A stretch of 63,814 nucleotides of DNA, filler included, from Globobulimina sp. (Eukaryota), in assembly GCA_003354225.1 (NCBI GenBank). It is 19 parts of 19 records of this genome, joined end to end, with 100 filler letters (N's around TTAATTAATTAA, not from the genome) between each part and the next. Parts side by side here need not be neighbours in the genome. Positions count along the whole stretch, not along the records: positions 53,832 to 57,092 come from PIVH01003269.1; positions 57,193 to 60,453 come from PIVH01003270.1; positions 60,554 to 63,814 come from PIVH01003271.1; 16 more parts are not named here. The stretch is one strand, 5' to 3'. Every line of letters starts with the position of its first letter. Position 1 is the first letter of the stretch. Positions 55,271 to 63,814 of this stretch are shown piece after piece. Under the pieces are notes generated by a model. The model worked only from the letters and a program-made list of their open reading frames with translations. It was not told the origin of the DNA and searched no databases. The translations under genes were made by a program, and so were the position numbers.

Positions 55271-56965
55271 ATGGCGGTTGGAAACATACTTTGTTTATTA
55301 TTCTTACTATTAACTACTGAGACAGTGTATAGCTTTTCAGCATGTGATGAGATCGATATCACCTTTGTAATCGATGCAGATTCAGTACTATCAAACAGTG
55401 CGAGTGTAATTAAATTGATCACCAAAATAATATGGAGTGGATCCTCCGAGCATTCAGGATTCAGTGCAGTAATATACGGCAACAATATACCGCAAAACCA
55501 AAAAATCAAAATAATCTCGTTGCACGACACAAAAGATGCCACACAAAGACAGGCAGCTGAACAAAAAGTGGATGACAAACTAAACGCAGCGTTCGAAAAC
55601 ATTAAATTCTCTCAAACAGAGGACCTGAAATCAATTGGCTTGGTCGCCTCTTTTAAAATAGCAACAGGACAATCTCGGCCCGACCATAAATCGGATCGAA
55701 AACGAAAATTAGGATATGACATCAACGACAAATCCATTGGAGACCATGACAACCAGCAAGTTTATATCATATTCGATCACAAAAACAAACTATTAAACGA
55801 CAACGACGACGATGGCCGGCAAGATATGTGTGCGCTGTTTGACCATTTGGACAATAATGCCATCAAAAATGACGACGAAGCTCCGTACTTTATGTTTGGA
55901 CATAAGTTCAACAAACGGCAAATCCTTAAAAATCTACTGTGTGATGGTAGAAAGCCGGAGTATGTGTCGCCTGATTCATTTTATCATTTTGCGCCTCGGT
56001 TTGCTGCCTCCAGTAAGCGAATGGAAGCCATTTATTGTTTGACCTGTCCCGCTCAAATAAAGTCGAAATCTTATGATGGTACTATCAATGTAGGCAATCA
56101 CGTGCAATATATCGACCGCAAAACGGTGATTGAGTGCTCATTGCGGTATGTTGACAATGACAACAATGTGGCCACTCCCGATGTGTTGGACCGACATAAC
56201 TCTTTCATAAAAGTAAAGGACTTTGTCAATGACGACAACACATTCAAACTGAATGATTATTTGATTGCAAACACCAAAGCTTTTGAAGAAATAAAGCAAA
56301 TTGGCTGCAAAGACGCAGTCTACAAAATCACTGCGATCAAACATATAAAGGACAATGACAAAGTGTATGGAATGAGTGATTCGGACGAATCCAATGATTA
56401 TAAAATACTCAAATTATATGTGCGTTTACCCACAGCGCCAATGGAATATATGTCGGAGGCCAATATCCGCGGCGATGTCCCTATCAAAAAAGCGGCCGGT
56501 TATCATTATCATAAACCGAGACATAAACGGAGGAAACATGACAAATTTGATGAAAGTTATGCTAATGATGATGGCGAGGAACATCCGCACAAACATAGGC
56601 ATTATAAAAACATCAATAAACATAAACATGAGCGGTTTGAGGAAGACGCTGTGAAGGATAGTGTCGAAAATGACGAGTTTTTTTTTAAAGCGGAGGACAA
56701 TATCATGAAAAATGGAAAGGGTAAGAAAGAATGGATGGATTTTGATGAAGAGGGCCGTCGACATGCTTTGCCGCCGGAAGGGGAGGAGTCTGAGGACAGT
56801 TTGTGTACAAATTATACATACCAATTATTGCCAGTTCCGGCAGCGCCCGACAACATATTATCCGGTTTGAACAAAGAACCCATGGCCGATGATTTGATCC
56901 CGTCCATTCTCGAAGGTTTCAAATCGATCAAACACGTTAATTTTCAAACGTTAATTTTCAAATAA
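55271..56965 (+). CDS. Secreted protein with a degenerate vWA-like domain, probably continuing after an intron
   Basis: Signal peptide, C..IDITFVIDADS and FSAVIYG, followed by a His/Lys/Asp-rich region. Confidence 0.55.
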   Translation: MAVGNILCLLFLLLTTETVYSFSACDEIDITFVIDADSVLSNSASVIKLITKIIWSGSSEHSGFSAVIYGNNIPQNQKIKIISLHDTKDATQRQAAEQKVDDKLNAAFENIKFSQTEDLKSIGLVASFKIATGQSRPDHKSDRKRKLGYDINDKSIGDHDNQQVYIIFDHKNKLLNDNDDDGRQDMCALFDHLDNNAIKNDDEAPYFMFGHKFNKRQILKNLLCDGRKPEYVSPDSFYHFAPRFAASSKRMEAIYCLTCPAQIKSKSYDGTINVGNHVQYIDRKTVIECSLRYVDNDNNVATPDVLDRHNSFIKVKDFVNDDNTFKLNDYLIANTKAFEEIKQIGCKDAVYKITAIKHIKDNDKVYGMSDSDESNDYKILKLYVRLPTAPMEYMSEANIRGDVPIKKAAGYHYHKPRHKRRKHDKFDESYANDDGEEHPHKHRHYKNINKHKHERFEEDAVKDSVENDEFFFKAEDNIMKNGKGKKEWMDFDEEGRRHALPPEGEESEDSLCTNYTYQLLPVPAAPDNILSGLNKEPMADDLIPSILEGFKSIKHVNFQTLIFK

Positions 56966-57375
56966 TAATTCTTTTTCAATCGCGTTCGGTTTTAAACATT
57001 TTTTATAAATAATTCCACGATGTCTGCGATTCCAGGCAAATTCTGAAGATATTTTGATACATTCGGCGCTATTTATAAATATTAAGAGTTAANNNNNNNN
57101 NNNNNNNNNNNNNNNNNNNNNNNNNNNNNNNNNNNNTTAATTAATTAANNNNNNNNNNNNNNNNNNNNNNNNNNNNNNNNNNNNNNNNNNNNGATTATAA
57201 AATTGATTATTACTTAATTTAATTATTCTAAAAAAAGAACACATCTATCAACATCTAACCGCATCGTTCTCATTATCTAGCAACAAAAGAATAAATAAAT
57301 CACGCATCACAGTGAGAAGTCTATCACTCGCAATTTAAACACTGTGTAGTGTCGATCACAAAAACAAATTAAATC

Positions 57376-59913
57376 ATGCATGTTATTATTTTCCTGTTGT
57401 TTGTTTTTCAAATTGGTTGGACTAACTATCTGCATACCACTGAGTTATCAGAGTTGAGGATAGCTCAGGATTTTTCAGTGTATTTGGAAACAATCAATGT
57501 CAATTTATCATGGAGTGTAAATACATTTTCTCAGAGAATATCGTTTGAACTTATTGTACCAGTATTTTTATCACAATCATGGATTGGTTTTGGTATATCC
57601 GATGCAGGAATGAAAGGCGCTGATATTGCAATTGTTACATTAATGAATGGAGGAGAAATATACGACACATTTTCTACAGATTTTCAGCAACCAAAATTAG
57701 ATAAAATACAAGATTGGAAACTGGAATATTTATTCATTGATTCTGTTGCAGAAAAAACAATTATCAGAATATCGCGTTATTTAATAACGTGTGACGATGA
57801 GGATAATGAACTATCACCACAACAATTCAAACATAACATATTAGTGGCATACAATCCAAATGATTCATTAATTTCAGATTTGTCTTTGACAAATTTCGTT
57901 TTTAATTATCACACAAAACGAACCAATAAAGTATTAAACTTATGGATGGATGAAAATGTATTTAACAAAGAAATAAAGAATAAGGATTACTTTGATGTTG
58001 TAATGCCGAACATTACCATCAAAAATGAACCACAATATCAATGTTATCAGTTTCACTCAAATATAGAGAGAAATGTCATTGGATTTGAAATGATTGGAAA
58101 TTTAGAAATTGTTCATCACGCAGTATTATTTCATTGTGGTACAACGCCACAAATAACAAATGATATTTTCTTCTGTAAGGATGGAGATTCAGTGATGGAA
58201 ACTTGTGAATTTATAACCGTTCTTCCCGTTGGTTCAGGTTTGATAGAAATTCCATCCAATCTTTATTATCACTGGCAACGTGGGATCAAAATATTACAAC
58301 TTCATTATGAACCAGGCTCACAACCGCAAAATCAATTTGAAAAAGAACAAAGTGGCATTCGAGTTTATTATCAGCCAAATAAAGAAACGTATGAAATGGG
58401 TATCTTTTATTTAACAGCAGCATGGGACACAATCAATATTCCTCCGAACATTAAAAAAAATGAATTAGTATTTGGAATGTCAAATGAGTGTACAAATAGA
58501 TTTATTCCAGATGACGGTATTACAATATTCGTTGGAGGAGGACACATGCATTTATCAGGTGTATCACATCGAGTGGATAGAATTCGAGGAAATCAAATTG
58601 AAACAATTTGGGAAACCAGACATTTTGATTTTGATCGTCAATTCTTTCAATATAAATCTATTAAAATTCACCAGAATGATACATTGCGAGTACATTGTTT
58701 TATGGATACATCAGGAAGACATAATATCACTAAAGGTGGAGCATATTCTAATGATGAAATGTGCGGTTTTATATTCGCTTATTATCCAAAAATAAATGGT
58801 TTCTCTCAAAGTGTTGGTGAAGGTGTTTTGCAAAAAAATGTAAACAAAGACTATTTCTTACATGCTAGTTATTGTGGTGATGATTCAAGTATACAAGCAC
58901 ACACAAATTGGAGTGCATATGCGATTTATGATAATACCGCAAAGGTTAAAGTAAGTAATAATGGTTTAGATGTTTCCAAAGACAAAGAAGATTTATGCAA
59001 AGCAGTTATATTTACCAAGCTTGATCTCACAACAACAGAATCTGCAGTAATTTTTGACAATCCTATCGTGTCAATATTTGTTGTTGTTATTATAATGCTT
59101 TCGCTGAGATCATTGCTGTATATTTTGGAAATGGTCATCGAGAGGTTCAATCCATCCGATTCAAACACAAATAAAAGACGGATCGTAATTTATTTATATT
59201 CTACGATTCAAAGTACTGTAATGCTATTTTTATTAATCAGGGGGTTCATTGCATTAAATGGCAATATAAATGAGTGTGACACATTTTATTCTGCACAAAT
59301 GGATCAAACATTTTTTAGATGTATAGCTGCAGCAAACACAGTAATGCTTTGTGGTTATATTTCGGAAATATTTTATCGAAATAAAATAGCATGGACATTA
59401 TTATTACATCATGTGATATCAATGATATTTGCATCATTTATCATTGCAGCAGGTTCAACTACGTTGGGTATGACATATTATCCGCTTATCGGTTTTTTCA
59501 TGCTGATGGAAATTGCTGTTGAACAGCCAACCTTTATTGGGTTTTTTTTAAAACGAACGTATTTGGTTCGGAATCCATTAACATTGAAAATTATGTTCAA
59601 ATTGATTGTAATATGGGACATTTTATCGAAATTGACGTTGACTGTCATGATATTTGTTATTTGGAACCCTTCTGATTGTCATCATTATGTTTCAAATACA
59701 TCGTATCACTCATTTATGGATGAAGAATCCATTGAATTTTGGAATATTTTTCAACAATTTGTAATACCTATTGTCATTTCATTATTATTTTGTCTTCAAC
59801 TTTATTCTGCAATTTATGTTTATAAAATAGGGACATGGAATCATAAGAAAGTAGAGGATGATAGACGAGAGACAATCATTGGAGTCGGGTCTATCGAAAT
59901 GGAGTGTTCATGA
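57376..59913 (+). CDS. DOMON + copper type II ascorbate-dependent monooxygenase (DBH/MOXD1-like) fused to a polytopic C-terminal domain
   Basis: DOMON WIGFGISDAGMKGADI; CuH ligands VHHAV and QLHY; CuM ligands HMH and DEMC; about 6-7 C-terminal TM helices. Confidence 0.9.
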   Translation: MHVIIFLLFVFQIGWTNYLHTTELSELRIAQDFSVYLETINVNLSWSVNTFSQRISFELIVPVFLSQSWIGFGISDAGMKGADIAIVTLMNGGEIYDTFSTDFQQPKLDKIQDWKLEYLFIDSVAEKTIIRISRYLITCDDEDNELSPQQFKHNILVAYNPNDSLISDLSLTNFVFNYHTKRTNKVLNLWMDENVFNKEIKNKDYFDVVMPNITIKNEPQYQCYQFHSNIERNVIGFEMIGNLEIVHHAVLFHCGTTPQITNDIFFCKDGDSVMETCEFITVLPVGSGLIEIPSNLYYHWQRGIKILQLHYEPGSQPQNQFEKEQSGIRVYYQPNKETYEMGIFYLTAAWDTINIPPNIKKNELVFGMSNECTNRFIPDDGITIFVGGGHMHLSGVSHRVDRIRGNQIETIWETRHFDFDRQFFQYKSIKIHQNDTLRVHCFMDTSGRHNITKGGAYSNDEMCGFIFAYYPKINGFSQSVGEGVLQKNVNKDYFLHASYCGDDSSIQAHTNWSAYAIYDNTAKVKVSNNGLDVSKDKEDLCKAVIFTKLDLTTTESAVIFDNPIVSIFVVVIIMLSLRSLLYILEMVIERFNPSDSNTNKRRIVIYLYSTIQSTVMLFLLIRGFIALNGNINECDTFYSAQMDQTFFRCIAAANTVMLCGYISEIFYRNKIAWTLLLHHVISMIFASFIIAAGSTTLGMTYYPLIGFFMLMEIAVEQPTFIGFFLKRTYLVRNPLTLKIMFKLIVIWDILSKLTLTVMIFVIWNPSDCHHYVSNTSYHSFMDEESIEFWNIFQQFVIPIVISLLFCLQLYSAIYVYKIGTWNHKKVEDDRRETIIGVGSIEMECS

Positions 59914-60319
59914 ATGTCAAAGTTCAAATTGTATATCAAGTATATCAAGATTCAAGTTTATCACATTGTATTTTATAATTTAAAACATTATATGAATATT
60001 TTTGAGATTGATCCTTTGGCTGTAAAACCTGCACGAATCTCTTCAACGAATTTATTTTGATTCATTGGATTAATATATCTGCAAATATCAATTCCCAGTA
60101 ATCTACATTTGCATTTCTGTCTGTCTTATGTCAGTTAATTTGATGTTCAGCACAATATTCTGCTACAAAACTAACGCATGAATGAACTGAGGTGATGTAT
60201 TTGCGGCGAGGATGAGTATCAATGCCGTATCATATTTGCGCGGCGATAATGAGAGAGTCGATGCTGCCTTGTATTTAAGCGGCAGAAATGCCGCAGAATG
60301 GATATCAATGCCGTACTAA

Positions 60320-60453
60320 AAAAAAAACACAAACACAAACACAAAAACAAAAACAAACAACAGCCTTCATTCTCATTCCCACCGCCTTGATATACGGCAT
60401 TCGATCTCATTCCCGCCGCCTTGATCATGACGGAATGCTCTTTCTCATTCCCA
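60320..60453. repeat. AAACAC/AAAAAC microsatellite followed by ~35-40-bp repeats
   Basis: TCTCATTCCC(A/G)CCGCCTTGAT occurs twice, and a third copy starts at the contig end. Confidence 0.7.
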
Positions 60454-60665
60454 NNNNNNNNNNNNNNNNNNNNNNNNNNNNNNNNNNNNNNNNNNNNTTA
60501 ATTAATTAANNNNNNNNNNNNNNNNNNNNNNNNNNNNNNNNNNNNNNNNNNNNTTTTTCATCCAAAAACGATTACTCAATGAATGGGATGGAAATATCGA
60601 TTTGTAAGTACTGACAAAAGCATGGTTATTATCCTGGCACATTAATAATGTATTAATGTTGTAAG

Positions 60666-61040
60666 GCGTCAACAAATTCGAAGTGTATATTGGTATTTTT
60701 TATATTGTTACTCATATTATCGTTGATATTGGAAACCATTGCCGTGGTATTTGTCTTTACCGCGAATGATGAGTTGGAAGCATTTGCAAAAAAACAGTGG
60801 GATTCCTTATCACTTGCTGAGCAAAGAAAGTTTGAAGAGGATAATGAATGCTGCGGCTTTGAAACAGTGGAAGGTGAGGGATGCATTGGATGTTATGATA
60901 AAATAGAACAGCAATTGCAAGATAATTTGTTTCTTATCGGATACATTTGTATCGGAGTATTTGTTTATCAATTTGGTTTAGTATGTTTTGCGTGCTGTCT
61001 ATGCAAAAAGCTTCCACCCAGCAAATATAGCAAGGTTTAA
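60666..61040 (+). CDS. Tetraspanin, last exon
   Basis: SKCILVFF (TM3), EC2 motifs NECCGF and GCYDKI, TM4 and a Cys-rich tail. AG acceptor at 60664-60665. Confidence 0.8.
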   Translation, partial: ASTNSKCILVFFILLLILSLILETIAVVFVFTANDELEAFAKKQWDSLSLAEQRKFEEDNECCGFETVEGEGCIGCYDKIEQQLQDNLFLIGYICIGVFVYQFGLVCFACCLCKKLPPSKYSKV

Positions 61041-61419
61041 ATGATGGAATCAATTTAACTTTTAATTTTAATTATTTTTAATTTTTTAACGTGCATTGTT
61101 TTTGTTTTGTTTTCGTATTTTTGCCGGACTTTCGTATCCGGTGTCGTTTTTCGTCGATCAATAATTAAGTTTCCATTATTACTTTGAACTTTCACCATTA
61201 GTAATTCGAAAGTGTTGATCCACATCTTTCCCCATTGGTGAATCACCAAATAATATTAATTTACTCTATGTAACGGTGCATTTTATGATTAAACATTTAA
61301 AAAAATAGGTAAATACTCATTGTAAGTTAAATTTAAATATTAAACATATAACACAACAAAACAAAGAAACATATGTTTTTTTTTATTGTTTTTGTTTCCC
61401 AAATATTTAATAAACATAA

Positions 61420-63594
61420 TTATTGTGTTAGCCTTTGTGATAATCTCTGACTAAGTGTAGCATGACGATAAAAATTACTAGTTTTAGATATCGTAATATC
61501 GCCATACGGTTCATCCTGTTGTAAATCCACCAAATCCGAATTCTTAAACACCAACAACTCATAAAACACACCGGCCACAGTCTCCCTTTTTGTTTGTGAT
61601 TCCATCAATTCATTAAAACTAAACTCTTTCCCTTCTTTCCCCTTAAAAAAAGAAAATGTTTTCCTTGTCCGACGACTCCAATCACGTGGTTTTATCCCAT
61701 CACTTTGTTGATTTGTCTGTGTTAATGCATCATCAGTCTCAAACGATAAATGATTACTATCCACCTCCACCTCCATATTCATATCAATATCCTCATCCTC
61801 ATCCCCACCAATACTAATATTATCATCTAACGGTTGTATATTCTCCACATTATCAGCAATATTCTCATCAAACAATGGATCTTTTGGTGCTGGAATCGCA
61901 TCATTGCAGACCGACTCCAACGTAGATGCATTATCATCAAAAACCGCCTCATTGTCTGCATTTTTTAGCTCTAACAAAGCCTCCACACTCCCTACGCTCA
62001 CTGCATCCGTTTCAATCTGCTCATTCACAAAATCATTCATCGGCAATGCTAAATCGTCATCGTGTCCATGCCCATCATGGTCCATATCCCGACCTTGTTC
62101 CACTTCATCCAGCTCCTCCCTCAAAATCGCCGCATTCGCTAATTCGTCGACCTGTACACCACCTGAGTCCAATGCCGGTTTATCACCATTACAAAACTCA
62201 AATTTCTGCTTGATTTCAGTGGGGAATTTACCAAATAACTGCTTGGATAACGGCTGAAATAATAACTCGTCAAATCCGAGTGTTGATAATGGAAATTCCC
62301 TCCAAATATGTATGGCGTCCCTACCACCGGGATATACAAAATCTGCCCGCTCAATATCAGCCACTCGCAATTCATCACGACCTAATTCGATATTCTTATC
62401 ACATAAAAATCTCTTTTTTTTCTTTTTAGGCTTTTTCCCGCCTTTTTTCTCTTTTTGCTGTACTTTTTTCTGCGTTTTCTTAGCATCCGGAGTGGTTTCC
62501 TCCCGTTGCTCCAATGCTTTTATACCGTGCGAATTAATAATCGCTGTGGACACAGAACCAGGCACACTCATATCATCCAAGTCAAATTGCACATGTATGG
62601 AGTGCATGGATTGCTGGTCATTGTCATCGATATCCATGCCATGCATATTCATATTAATACTGCCGGAATGTACGCTCATATCATCCAAATTGGCCTGTTT
62701 TTCTTTTTGTAAACTGACGGCAGAGTCGGCGTCATCGAATACAGAGACAACATCATTAGCAATGGATATATTGCCACCGTTGTTCATCATTAAGGAGACA
62801 CTGCCGGTTTCATTGCCTCGTCCACGCTCTACAGACACATTATCGTCATCAATGTCAGTGAGAGAGGCAATATTCTCCTCAATATTGTCTCTGTGCGCTT
62901 GCGATTCGTCCAATATGTCATCGTTGATATGCTGCTCAATGTCGTCGTCGTCAAATTTAATTTCAATGTCCATATCGCCCATTAATAGACTCGAGATATT
63001 GCCAAACGAACTACGGCGATCCTGGAGACGAGGAGAGATTAATTCGTTTTGTTGCATTGTTATCTCGTGATCTAAGGCGAGATTTGCATGGTGATTATGA
63101 TTGTGATTATCGCCGAGAAGCGAACGAGAGGCTGCAGTCTCGAATAAACTGCCAATTTCAGAGATATTGTCATCGTTTAGGTATAATTGGGATAAGTTAT
63201 TTGCATTTAAATCGATATCCATTATTTCTAAATTATTGTTGGTGTTTACGATGTTGATGTTTTGGTTTTGGGCGCGGTCTTTGGATGGATCTAAGTCGAC
63301 ATTTCTTTTACGGATTAATACCAAACGGGCTTTGGAGAAGGCTTCGTTGCAGTCATTGTGGAGATATTCAACTTGTTTGTAATGGATCCATGAGATACCA
63401 ATCAGGCATTGGCCATAATGGCGTAATTGCATTGGTTTTTTCACTTTGTCTGAGTGTAATTGCGAACATGCTTCACCTAATTTCGTTTTTTTGATGTCTT
63501 TTTTATTCAGTTTCCGTTTCATATGCGCAGCTAACCAAATGTTTGCTATTTGGTCAGATGGTAAATTTACGAAATCTTCGACTAAAAATACCAT
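61420..63594 (-). CDS. RAD21: Rad21/Rec8-family cohesin kleisin subunit
   Basis: N-terminal IWLAAH...LRHYGQCLIGISWIHYKQVEYL..DC, acidic linker, and C-terminal winged helix AGVFYELLV...QDEPYGDITI. Confidence 0.9.
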   Translation of the reverse strand: MVFLVEDFVNLPSDQIANIWLAAHMKRKLNKKDIKKTKLGEACSQLHSDKVKKPMQLRHYGQCLIGISWIHYKQVEYLHNDCNEAFSKARLVLIRKRNVDLDPSKDRAQNQNINIVNTNNNLEIMDIDLNANNLSQLYLNDDNISEIGSLFETAASRSLLGDNHNHNHHANLALDHEITMQQNELISPRLQDRRSSFGNISSLLMGDMDIEIKFDDDDIEQHINDDILDESQAHRDNIEENIASLTDIDDDNVSVERGRGNETGSVSLMMNNGGNISIANDVVSVFDDADSAVSLQKEKQANLDDMSVHSGSINMNMHGMDIDDNDQQSMHSIHVQFDLDDMSVPGSVSTAIINSHGIKALEQREETTPDAKKTQKKVQQKEKKGGKKPKKKKKRFLCDKNIELGRDELRVADIERADFVYPGGRDAIHIWREFPLSTLGFDELLFQPLSKQLFGKFPTEIKQKFEFCNGDKPALDSGGVQVDELANAAILREELDEVEQGRDMDHDGHGHDDDLALPMNDFVNEQIETDAVSVGSVEALLELKNADNEAVFDDNASTLESVCNDAIPAPKDPLFDENIADNVENIQPLDDNISIGGDEDEDIDMNMEVEVDSNHLSFETDDALTQTNQQSDGIKPRDWSRRTRKTFSFFKGKEGKEFSFNELMESQTKRETVAGVFYELLVFKNSDLVDLQQDEPYGDITISKTSNFYRHATLSQRLSQRLTQ

Positions 63595-63814
63595 TTTGAA
63601 TCAATTTCGGAATTGCGGGTAGGATCGTCTGGAAGGCTAAAATTTTTGTTGATTACGACTTCAAAACTTTAAGAAAACCTTTCAAGTTTGATCTGTGAAA
63701 ACCTTTCAAGTAATGTAATAGGGTTTTTGCTTTTAGTTCATTTCTTCAATCAACATTTAAATTTTCTATTTTTACTAACATTTGAGTGCTTCACTTTGTA
63801 ACTAAGTATGCTGA

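Noticed and set aside
3268-60553. Regularly recurring TTAATTAATTAA and ORFs ending in XXXLIN
   Set aside because: These are artificial linkers between length-sorted contigs. The ~3.36-kb periodicity is not biological.
41008-63070. Long antisense ORFs (e.g. 41008-41586, 62312-63070)
   Set aside because: These are Ser/Phe-rich shadows of acidic or Lys-rich coding sequence on the opposite strand.
63675-63711. GAAAACCTTTCAAGT direct repeat upstream of RAD21 (similar short pairs at about 31376/31438 and 48847/48864)
   Set aside because: Two-copy 14-15-bp duplications are common in AT-rich DNA, and nothing supports a function.

Overview
This window is not one locus. It is 19 short contigs of about 3.26 kb, sorted by length and joined by artificial 100-nt spacers (44 N + TTAATTAATTAA + 44 N), so gene neighbourhoods only mean something within a contig. 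Most contigs are AT-rich nuclear DNA from a microbial eukaryote. They show short GT-AG introns, compact intergenic regions, and genes for Rad21, G-alpha, 7TM-RGS, GPCR-like, RCC1, ADAM-like, tetraspanin, ALG14 and prefoldin proteins. The style resembles foraminifera/Rhizaria, but that is inference. Two contigs switch abruptly into bacterial sequence and are probably amplification chimeras. The best candidate for an undescribed system is contig 33659-36921. It carries one intronless 764-aa ORF with Rep_trans-type (non-HUH) rolling-circle initiator motifs, followed by ~42-bp tandem repeats, palindromes and four GC-rich hairpins. Other notable items are a LAGLIDADG endonuclease in eukaryotic-looking context, an intron-containing Rnl2-family RNA ligase, a palindromic motif confined to the introns of one gene, two fold-back MITE-like elements, a 12-nt micro-exon, and a DOMON/Cu-monooxygenase fused to a polytopic membrane domain. 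All family calls come from reading motifs by eye; no searches were run.
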